Below, piece after piece: positions 31,711 through 38,333 of a stretch of DNA of 38,333 bases. Source of the DNA: Parasphingopyxis sp. (GTDB taxonomy: Bacteria > Pseudomonadota > Alphaproteobacteria > Sphingomonadales > Sphingomonadaceae); contig JBGTHW010000069.1 of NCBI GenBank assembly GCA_041746035.1, positions 1 through 38,333 of the forward strand, in the 5' to 3' direction. Positions within the stretch are counted from its first letter, which is position 1; every line of letters begins with the position of its first letter. Made by a program: the position numbers and the translations under genes. A model generated the notes under the pieces. That model saw only the letters and a list, made by a program, of their open reading frames with translations, made no database searches and was not told the DNA's origin.

Positions 31711-33509
31711 CTGACGCCTACAAGATTATCGATCACAAATACGACACGGTTGTTGTCGGGGCAGGGGGTTCGGGCCTGCGCGCTACGATGGGGTCGGCGG
31801 CGGAAGGCTTACGCACGGCCTGCATCACCAAGGTCTTTCCGACCCGTTCGCACACGGTGGCGGCGCAGGGCGGAATTGCGGCGAGCCTCGGCAACAATAC
31901 GCCCGATCACTGGACCTGGCACATGTACGATACCGTCAAGGGGTCGGACTGGCTGAGCGATCAGGATGCGGTCGAATATCTCTGCCGCGAAGCGCCCGCA
32001 GCGGTCTACGAGCTGGAACATGCCGGCGTGCCGTTTTCGCGCAATGACGACGGCACGATCTATCAGCGTCCGTTCGGCGGCCATATGCAGAATATGGGCG
32101 AAGGTCCGCCCGTGCAGCGCACCTGCGCCGCCGCCGACCGCACCGGCCATGCGATGCTCCATACGCTCTATCAGCAGAGCCTGAAATATGACGCGGATTT
32201 CTTCATCGAATATTTCGCGCTCGATCTCATCATGGAAGATGGCAAGTGCCGCGGCGTGATAGCCATGTGCATGGAGGATGGCAGCATCCACCGCTTCACC
32301 AGCCATGCGGTGGTGCTGGCAACGGGCGGGTACGGGCGGACATTCTTCTCGGCCACGTCCGCGCACACCTGCACCGGTGATGGCGGCGGCATGGTGCTTC
32401 GCGCCGGGCTTCCGCTTCAGGATATGGAATTCATCCAGTTTCACCCGACCGGCATTTATGGCGCGGGCGTGCTGATTACCGAAGGCGCGCGCGGCGAGGG
32501 CGGGTATCTGACGAACAGCGAGGGCGAGCGTTTCATGGAACGCTATGCGCCGTCCGCGAAAGATTTGGCCTCCCGCGATGTCGTGTCCCGCTCGATGGCG
32601 ATGGAAATGCGCGAGGGGCGGGGTGTCGGCAAGGATGGCGACCATATCTGGCTCCATCTCGATCATATCGATCCGGAGGTGCTGCACGAGCGGCTGCCCG
32701 GGATTACCGAGACCGGCAAGATTTTCGCCAATGTCGATCTGACCCGCCAGCCGCTGCCCGTGACGCCCACCGTGCATTATAATATGGGCGGCATCCAGAC
32801 GAACTATCACGGCGAAGTGGTGACGCTGCGCGATGGCAATCCCGATGCGGTGGTGGCCGGGCTTTTCGCGGTCGGCGAGGCGGCCTGCGTATCGGTGCAT
32901 GGCGCAAACCGGCTGGGGTCTAACAGCCTGATCGATCTCGTGGTCTTCGGTCGCGCGACCGGTATGCGGCTTGCCGAGATTATCGAGCCGAACACCAGGC
33001 ACGATCCGCTGCCCGAGGGCAATGAGGAGATGGCACTCGAACGCCTCGATCATTTCCGCAACGCCGATGGCGGCACGCCGACTGCCGCGATCCGTAAGAA
33101 TATGCAGCAGACGATGCAGGCGCATTGCGCGGTCTTTCGCACCGACGAGCTGCTCACGGAGGGCGCGGAGAAGATCGACGAAATCTATAAGTCGATGGAA
33201 GATATCCATGTCACGGATCGCTCGCTGATCTGGAATACGGACCTCATTGAAACGCTCGAACTCGACAACCTGATCTCCCAGGCGGAGGTGACGATCCAGT
33301 CAGCGAAAAACCGCAAGGAAAGCCGCGGCGCGCATATGCATGAGGACTATCCCGACCGGAACGACGAGGAGTGGATGAAGCACACGATCGGCTGGTTCGA
33401 AGGCTGGGGCGGCAAGGGCGGCGATGTGACGATCGATTACAGGCCGGTGCATGACTACACGCTGACCGACGATGTGGAATATATTGAGCCTAAGGCGCGG
33501 GTTTATTAG
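31707..33509 (+). CDS. sdhA: Succinate dehydrogenase flavoprotein subunit
   Basis: [16 protein letters not shown] (FAD-His), [39 protein letters not shown]. Confidence 0.99.
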   Translation: MTDAYKIIDHKYDTVVVGAGGSGLRATMGSAAEGLRTACITKVFPTRSHTVAAQGGIAASLGNNTPDHWTWHMYDTVKGSDWLSDQDAVEYLCREAPAAVYELEHAGVPFSRNDDGTIYQRPFGGHMQNMGEGPPVQRTCAAADRTGHAMLHTLYQQSLKYDADFFIEYFALDLIMEDGKCRGVIAMCMEDGSIHRFTSHAVVLATGGYGRTFFSATSAHTCTGDGGGMVLRAGLPLQDMEFIQFHPTGIYGAGVLITEGARGEGGYLTNSEGERFMERYAPSAKDLASRDVVSRSMAMEMREGRGVGKDGDHIWLHLDHIDPEVLHERLPGITETGKIFANVDLTRQPLPVTPTVHYNMGGIQTNYHGEVVTLRDGNPDAVVAGLFAVGEAACVSVHGANRLGSNSLIDLVVFGRATGMRLAEIIEPNTRHDPLPEGNEEMALERLDHFRNADGGTPTAAIRKNMQQTMQAHCAVFRTDELLTEGAEKIDEIYKSMEDIHVTDRSLIWNTDLIETLELDNLISQAEVTIQSAKNRKESRGAHMHEDYPDRNDEEWMKHTIGWFEGWGGKGGDVTIDYRPVHDYTLTDDVEYIEPKARVY

Positions 33510-33518
33510 GGGAGTTCG

Positions 33519-33872
33519 ATGGTAGACGAACCGCACACTCAGGAAGAAGTTGAGCGTGAAATTCTCTCGGTTCTTGAAGACGGAAGAGTTCGGACAACCG
33601 GAGAGATTACAAAACAGGTCAAATTACGTCTTCCGTTGACACCCGAAGACAAGCAGCGTGCAGCCAAGCGGCCAAATGAAAGCAAGATCGACCAGATTAT
33701 CGCCAACGCTCTTCAAGAAAAAAGAACTCTATGTAAATCCGGACTGATACAACGGGTTGCACGTGGTGAGTTTAAGATCACGGAATCCGGCCAGTCCCGG
33801 ATGAAAGAAAGAACGGCACGGTTGGAGCGATTGCGAGCAAAATTAGATAAGTTAGATAAGGGCGCTCAATAG
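33519..33872 (+). CDS. Stand-alone winged-helix protein, Mrr N-terminal-like
   Basis: ILSVLEDGRVRTTGEI..LPLTPED...KSGLIQRVARGEFKITESG resembles Mrr_N; GGGGAG RBS; visibly more AT-rich than its neighbours. Confidence 0.65.
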   Translation: MVDEPHTQEEVEREILSVLEDGRVRTTGEITKQVKLRLPLTPEDKQRAAKRPNESKIDQIIANALQEKRTLCKSGLIQRVARGEFKITESGQSRMKERTARLERLRAKLDKLDKGAQ

Positions 33873-33959
33873 ACTGTTTTGGTATAAGATATCCTCTGAG
33901 TCCGCCAGCAGCGTTCCGCTGATTAGACTACAGATTTATAAGCTTTCTTTCGCCGTAAG

Positions 33960-34064
33960 CCGTCACTCCAGCGAAGGCTGGCGTCTATCCCGTGGTTCAT
34001 TCCCTCGCTGGCGTTGGTGCTGTTCGCGGCATGGGATAGACGCCAGCCTGCGCTGGCGTGACGG
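33960..34064. repeat. REP-like long inverted-repeat element
   Basis: CCGTCACTCCAGCGAAGGCTGGCGTCTATCCC ... GGGATAGACGCCAGCCTGCGCTGGCGTGACGG: ~32-bp arms with 2 mismatches, each arm with its own small hairpin (GCGAAGG-type loop). Confidence 0.85.
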
Positions 34065-34131
34065 CAGAAAATTTATGATCCAGGTTAGGAACGACATCCC
34101 GCCACTCTCATCGGCCTTTCGCATAACTCGC

Positions 34132-34420
34132 TTATAGTCGACTCTGGTAATCCATCCGTTCGTGCAGGATACGGATAATCTTTGTGTATTCCGATTCTCG
34201 CTGGAAAAACACGATATGGCTGCCCGATCTGATCCGCCAGTATCCTTGCCGTATCTCATCGCAACGCTGCCCCGCCGACGGATCGTTCGCAATTTTCGCA
34301 AACACGCCCTCAATATCCCGAAGATAGGTCTCCGCCTGATCGACGCCCCATTCGCGCCGTATAGCCCCAGATATCGTTCAGGTCCGCCCGTGCGGCGGGG
34401 CGGAGAATCCAGCCGGTCAC
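34132..34420 (-). pseudogene. parE: ParE/RelE family toxin with a 2-nt frameshift at ~34355
   Basis: GTG start overlaps the parD stop: MTGWILRPAARADLNDIWGYTA, then in the shifted frame EWGVDQAETYLRDIEGVFAKIANDPSAGQRCDEIRQGYWRIRSGSHIVFF...IIRILHERMDYQSRL*. The native frame stops after 36 aa. Confidence 0.88.
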
Positions 34421-34671
34421 GCGGCGGACTTGTGAGCTTCGCGTTTTTCGTCAAGGAAGGCGTCGAAATCGAACGGTTCGGCAGGTCCGCTTTCTTCGCC
34501 CTCGATCAATGCTTGCCGCAACGCCGCCAGCTTTGCCTCCCGCTCTTCGAGGAGGCGCAATCCTGCGCGGACGACCTCGCTGGTGGAAGCATAGCGGCCT
34601 TCCTGTATTGTCCGGTCGGTAAACGCCTGAAAATGGTCGCCAAGGCTTATCGAGGTGTTCTTGCTTGCCAT
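34417..34671 (-). CDS. parD: ParD family antitoxin (RHH, CC2985-type)
   Basis: NTSISLGDHF...GRYASTSEVVRAGLRLLEEREAKL..LRQALIEGEESG..FDFDAF. Confidence 0.93.
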   Translation of the reverse strand: MASKNTSISLGDHFQAFTDRTIQEGRYASTSEVVRAGLRLLEEREAKLAALRQALIEGEESGPAEPFDFDAFLDEKREAHKSAA

Positions 34672-34681
34672 TCAGTCTGAT

Positions 34682-34696
34682 TACCAAAAATTGGTA
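34682..34696. promoter_or_regulatory. Probable ParD autoregulatory operator
   Basis: Perfect inverted repeat TACCAA-AAA-TTGGTA 10 bp upstream of the parD ATG, just downstream of a TTGACT on the minus strand. Confidence 0.7.
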
Positions 34697-34768
34697 TTGT
34701 AGTCAAGATATTGCTGTTGCGGTTCCTCTCGTCCATACCCCGTCGCGAAACAAATTAGAGCAATAATT

Positions 34769-35017
34769 ATGACGAACTGGACAATCCGCGCGGACTACGA
34801 TCCCGAAGCCAAAAGCTGGTATGTCTTCGATAGCGATGTTCCGGGCCTTGCGACAGGTGCCGATACGCTCGAAGAACTCGAGGCCAAGCTCCCCGATATG
34901 ATCGTCGAATTGCTCGAACTGAATGCCGAGCATGTCATCGACAAAAGCCGCCTTGCCGGATCGCACAGCTTTCGGCTTGTCGCCCATCATGAGGCCTTTC
35001 ACCAGATCGCAGCATAA
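34769..35017 (+). CDS. HicB-like antitoxin (DUF1902 type)
   Basis: YDPEAKSWYVFDSDVPGLATGADTLEEL partial RNase H fold motif; no DNA-binding domain. Confidence 0.8.
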   Translation: MTNWTIRADYDPEAKSWYVFDSDVPGLATGADTLEELEAKLPDMIVELLELNAEHVIDKSRLAGSHSFRLVAHHEAFHQIAA

Positions 35018-35218
35018 ATGGCGCGCGGCTTTACGAAAGACGTGAAGCGGATATTGCTGGAGCATGGCTGCGAATTTGTTCGGCATGGCAAAGGCGACCA
35101 TGATATCTGGCAAAGCCCGATTTCGAAAAAGCGGTTTCCAATGGACGCCAAGATACCCTCGCGCCATCTGGCTAACGCTGTGCTCCGTCAGGCCGGGATC
35201 GATATCAAGATCGGATAG
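35018..35218 (+). CDS. hicA: HicA family toxin
   Basis: 66 aa basic protein; LLEHGCEFVRHGKGDHDIW, IPSRHLANAVLRQAGI; starts immediately after the antitoxin stop. Confidence 0.88.
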   Translation: MARGFTKDVKRILLEHGCEFVRHGKGDHDIWQSPISKKRFPMDAKIPSRHLANAVLRQAGIDIKIG

Positions 35219-35224
35219 TGCCCG

Positions 35225-35250
35225 GGAACCTTCACCCACCGCCGCAAGTT
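35225..35250 (+). promoter_or_regulatory. Possible EcfG (general stress response) promoter
   Basis: GGAAC-N17-AGTT, close to the GGAAC-N16/17-CGTT consensus, 8 nt before an ATG that has no SD. Confidence 0.45.
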
Positions 35251-35258
35251 TGTCTCTC

Positions 35259-35822
35259 ATGACAGACCCCAAAACCTACGCGCTCCTCGCCAAGCCCAAT
35301 ATCCGGCTGACCGGCCATGTCGATTACGACATGTATGACAGCTTCCGCGAGCAGCTTGCCGCGTGCCCCGAGACCGGGCCGCTGGCGCTGGCGATGACGA
35401 CGCTGGGGGGCGACCCGGAGGTCGCGCGCACGATCGGCGACGATATCCGGCTGTTGCGCGAGCATGACAATCGCGAAATTCTGTTTCTCGGCAAGGTCGC
35501 GGTCTATTCGGCCGGCGCGACTTTCATGGCCGGCTTCCCGATCGCCAACCGCTACCTGACCAAGGCGACGCGGATCATGATCCACGAACGCTCAATCGTA
35601 AGATCGCTCGAAATGTCCGGCCCCCTGCGTGGCACCCTCGCCAAGGTCACCCAGACACTGCACGAGATCGAGCAGTCGATCGCCATCGAGGAAGAAGGCT
35701 TCCGCGCGATCGTCGAAGGCTCGAGGGTCGATTTCGCCGAAGTGCGCGAGAAGGCGCCCAGAGCCTGGTACATCGACTGCCACGAGGCGGTCCGGCTCGG
35801 CCTGATCGCCGGCGTCATCTAA
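35259..35822 (+). CDS. ClpP-like peptidase (S14 family, divergent)
   Basis: IRLTGHVD, MTTLGGD, VYSAGATF (Ser), RIMIHE (His), WYIDCHEAVRLGLI. Confidence 0.8.
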   Translation: MTDPKTYALLAKPNIRLTGHVDYDMYDSFREQLAACPETGPLALAMTTLGGDPEVARTIGDDIRLLREHDNREILFLGKVAVYSAGATFMAGFPIANRYLTKATRIMIHERSIVRSLEMSGPLRGTLAKVTQTLHEIEQSIAIEEEGFRAIVEGSRVDFAEVREKAPRAWYIDCHEAVRLGLIAGVI

Positions 35823-35835
35823 CCAGCAGCAGGAC

Positions 35836-37119
35836 TCAGCCCTTCCGGTCGAGCTCGCTGTTCAATCGCAGGCTGCAGCGCCAGAAGAAGAACGCCGGGA
35901 TCAGGCTTAGGAAGCTCGCGACGTAGAGCACCCAGCGCACGCTTTCCTCCCCGAAGCCCGGCTTGATCGCGTCGGACAGCATCCCGAAGACCAGCGGCCC
36001 GAGCCCGAGTCCGATGAGGTTCTGGAAGAACAGCAGCACCGCAGCCGCCATCGCCCGCGCCTCGGGCTTCACCAGCCCCTGGACGGCGGAATAGGTTGGC
36101 CCGTAGTAGAGCGAGTTGAGCAGCGTTGGCACGAACAGGACGAACAGCGCCAGGCGCCAGTCGCCGACGTAATAGCCGAGGAAGGCCGTCGGCGCGGCAA
36201 TGGTCATGCCGATCGCCGGCGCGGTCAGCACGTGGCGGCGGTTCGTTGCGCCGTAGCGATCTGCCAGCTTTCCGCCGAGCACTGTCCCCAGGATACCGGC
36301 CGCGCCGTTGACCAGCCCGAAGTACAGCCCGACTTCGCCGGGGCTCAACTCGTGGGTCCGCTGGAAGAAGATCGTCGCCCAGGTCGTCTTGCCGTAGCTC
36401 AGAAAGCTCGCGCTCGAGCCCGCCGCAATCAGCAGCACGAGCGCGGGCGAGCCGAAGATCGCCTTGAATGTCTCGCGGTTGCTCATTCCCGGCGGCGGCA
36501 CCGCGTGGCTGACCTGTGCACGGTGCCGCGGATCCTTGAGCAGCAGCGCTACGAACACCGCTAGCACGACGCCAGGCAAGCCGACGATAAGGAACGCATT
36601 GCGCCAGCCCACCGCGTCCGCCAGCAAGCCTCCGATCATCATGCCCAGCAGCGTGCCGATGGGAATGCCGAGTGCGTAGAACGCCAGAGCCGAAGAGCGC
36701 CGCTCCTTGGGCACGAGATCGCTGATCAACGAGTGCGCGGCGGGGGTGCACCCCGCCTCCCCCACCCCGACACCCATGCGCGCGAGAAGGAGCTGCCAGA
36801 AGTTTTGCGCCAGCCCGCACAGCGCGGTCATCGCCGACCACGCGGCCAGCGCGACAGCGATCAGCCGCGGCCGATTGGTCTTGGGCCGGTCGGCGTAGCG
36901 GGCGATCGGCAGGCCGAGCACGGTGTAGAACAGCGCGAAGGCGATGCCCGTCATCAGGCCGATCTGGGTGTCGCTGAGCCCCAGCTCGAGCGCGATCGGC
37001 TCGGCGAGGATGTTGACGATCTGGCGGTCGATGAAATTGAAGATGTAGACGACCAACAGCGTCCACAGGATCAGTTTGACCGGTTGCGCGGACGATTGCT
37101 GCGCCGGGACGCTCGCCAT
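35836..37119 (-). CDS. MFS transporter, spinster-like
   Basis: FNFIDRQIVNILAEPI..LSDTQIGL, ARMGVGVGEAGCTPAAHSLISD; 12 TM pattern. Confidence 0.93.
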   Translation of the reverse strand: MASVPAQQSSAQPVKLILWTLLVVYIFNFIDRQIVNILAEPIALELGLSDTQIGLMTGIAFALFYTVLGLPIARYADRPKTNRPRLIAVALAAWSAMTALCGLAQNFWQLLLARMGVGVGEAGCTPAAHSLISDLVPKERRSSALAFYALGIPIGTLLGMMIGGLLADAVGWRNAFLIVGLPGVVLAVFVALLLKDPRHRAQVSHAVPPPGMSNRETFKAIFGSPALVLLIAAGSSASFLSYGKTTWATIFFQRTHELSPGEVGLYFGLVNGAAGILGTVLGGKLADRYGATNRRHVLTAPAIGMTIAAPTAFLGYYVGDWRLALFVLFVPTLLNSLYYGPTYSAVQGLVKPEARAMAAAVLLFFQNLIGLGLGPLVFGMLSDAIKPGFGEESVRWVLYVASFLSLIPAFFFWRCSLRLNSELDRKG

Positions 37120-37267
37120 AAGCAACCTACTCGTCGCGGCGCCTGGCGCCCGTTTCGAATGGCAGGTTTGGGCTAGCGGGCCTCCGGGTCAAGGAGAAAT
37201 CGCCGTTCCGTTCGATTTTGGGCGCGTGTGGTATGTCGGCAGGGGCGCCCGCTGGTTCCGTCGGCCG

Positions 37268-37516
37268 CTAATCGGCATCCGCGAGGTCGAACTGCAAGTC
37301 GCGGTGGCCCTCGCGCGAAAGGTCGCGCTGCCAGTCTCTGAACTCGCGGCGGCTGAGCAGGTAGCGCCAGCGCGCCTCGTCGAAACTGATCAGCTTGTCG
37401 CGCACCGCGCGAACGACTTCGGCCTTGCGCGATTGCGACCAATGGATGTCGTAGGATTCGGGCAGATCGCTGGCATCGGCGGCCGTGGCCGGCGGGCGAT
37501 CGATCGTGTCGTGCAT
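37268..37516 (-). CDS. DUF1153 / SciP-like small protein (divergent)
   Basis: DLP...W..SRKAEVVRAVRDKLISFDEARWRYLLSRREFRDWQ matches the SciP core pattern RKAEVVAAV.GGL.S.DEAC.RY.L..EEF..WQ. Confidence 0.8.
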   Translation of the reverse strand: MHDTIDRPPATAADASDLPESYDIHWSQSRKAEVVRAVRDKLISFDEARWRYLLSRREFRDWQRDLSREGHRDLQFDLADAD

Positions 37517-37569
37517 AGTCGGGCTCCAATGCGGGCCCCCGTCCGTTGCCGCTCTATTGCGGGGATCAC

Positions 37570-37609
37570 TTAACAGGGTGTCACCGGATGTGGTGAACGC
37601 CGGGTTGAC
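37570..37609. promoter_or_regulatory. Two degenerate CtrA-like boxes upstream of the SciP-like gene
   Basis: TTAA-CAGGGTG-TCAC (37570-37584) and TGAA-CGCCGGG-TTGAC (37594-37609). Confidence 0.4.
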
Positions 37610-37615
37610 GACGAA

Positions 37616-38333
37616 TCAGCACTGCTCGGCGGTGTTCTCCGGAATCGGCCCGGGTGGCACGCGCGCCGGGTGGCGATGGAACGGATCGCCCGCGAGACGG
37701 TGGTTCGGGCCGTAGACCTTGCCGAGCGCGGCGTAGAGCGCCGGATCGTAGGCCGCGAGATCGTCGTGGTTCAGGATTCGGCGCCCGTCGAATACCGCCA
37801 GGCGGTTCGAATCGAACCAGAATTGGGTTCCCTCTGCCCAGTACTCGTCGACGCTGGTCGAAGCGTACTCGTCCTTCCACAGCCCCTTTTCCAGCGCCCG
37901 CGCGTAAGCCCGCTCGACCTCGCGGTAGAGCCCCGGGTCGGCGATCTTCGCCGCCGCGAGCACGTTGTGCGCGAACTCGTGCACGAAGATCGTCTCGCCG
38001 TAATAACGGCTGCCCGGCAGCCCGAGCAAATCCTCCGCCGCGCCGCTGGTGAGCGGCCCCGACATTCCGCGTGCGCGGTTGTTCCAATAATCGCGGTCGC
38101 TGAACCGGCCGATCCGTTCGGCATAGTGGAGGCGCTCGCAGCGGGTCAGGCGCGGGTCGTCCCCAGCGGGCTTCATCCAGTGTGCCTGCTCGGGAAGATC
38201 GGTGGTCGACTCGTCCGCGGCCATGATCGCGACGCGATAGCCTTCACGCACGAGCGCGGCGCGGAGGTCGGGCCGGTCGGCCAGCATCCCCTCGACCAGC
38301 TGCCTCGCCCGCACCAGCGCCGCGTCGGGCGTG
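37616..38333 (-). CDS. Zinc metallopeptidase-like protein (HExxH zincin, ATLF/PPEP-like fold); N-terminus lies beyond the right edge
   Basis: RARG, EDLLG, ETIFVHEFAH, YASTSVDEYWAEG, LAAYDP; frame open to the window end. Confidence 0.72.
   Translation of the reverse strand, partial: TPDAALVRARQLVEGMLADRPDLRAALVREGYRVAIMAADESTTDLPEQAHWMKPAGDDPRLTRCERLHYAERIGRFSDRDYWNNRARGMSGPLTSGAAEDLLGLPGSRYYGETIFVHEFAHNVLAAAKIADPGLYREVERAYARALEKGLWKDEYASTSVDEYWAEGTQFWFDSNRLAVFDGRRILNHDDLAAYDPALYAALGKVYGPNHRLAGDPFHRHPARVPPGPIPENTAEQC

Noticed and set aside
33891-33910. ATCCTCTGAGTCCGCCAGC as a possible attR copy of the tRNA-Ser 3' end
   Set aside because: Only ~9 bp (TCCGCCAGC) match, expected by chance at this GC; core genes (sdh, mscS) lie in between and there is no integrase

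Overview
Alphaproteobacterial chromosome segment, most likely Sphingomonadales (spt-acp-cerR sphingolipid genes, SciP-like gene, CtrA-type boxes). From left to right it holds: a partial membrane sensor gene; the sphingolipid genes spt/acp/cerR-like coupled to proB-obgE; a TonB-dependent receptor; a TetR/metal hydrolase pair; GNAT-rpmA-rplU; a storage-lipid block (Pseudomonas-type phaC-phaZ, WS/DGAT, lipase-like hydrolase); hspQ; and tRNA-Ser(CGA). Next is an ~8 kb glycosylation locus: a TPR protein with a eukaryote-type GT29 sialyltransferase domain, converging on an operon of short NeuB, NeuA-HAD fusion, methyltransferase-GT8 fusion and FkbM. This locus is the best candidate for a novel system and looks like a KDN/nonulosonate pathway. 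After it come an MFS transporter, MscS, a soluble MCP, sdhCDA without sdhB, and a cluster of small genes (Mrr_N-like, frameshifted parE with parD, hicB-hicA). The last ~3 kb has different codon usage and encodes a ClpP-like protein, an MFS, a SciP-like protein and an HExxH zincin. Non-coding highlights are two REP/RPE-like palindromes and a possible attenuator between rpmA and the GNAT gene. All calls come from motif recognition; no database searches were run.
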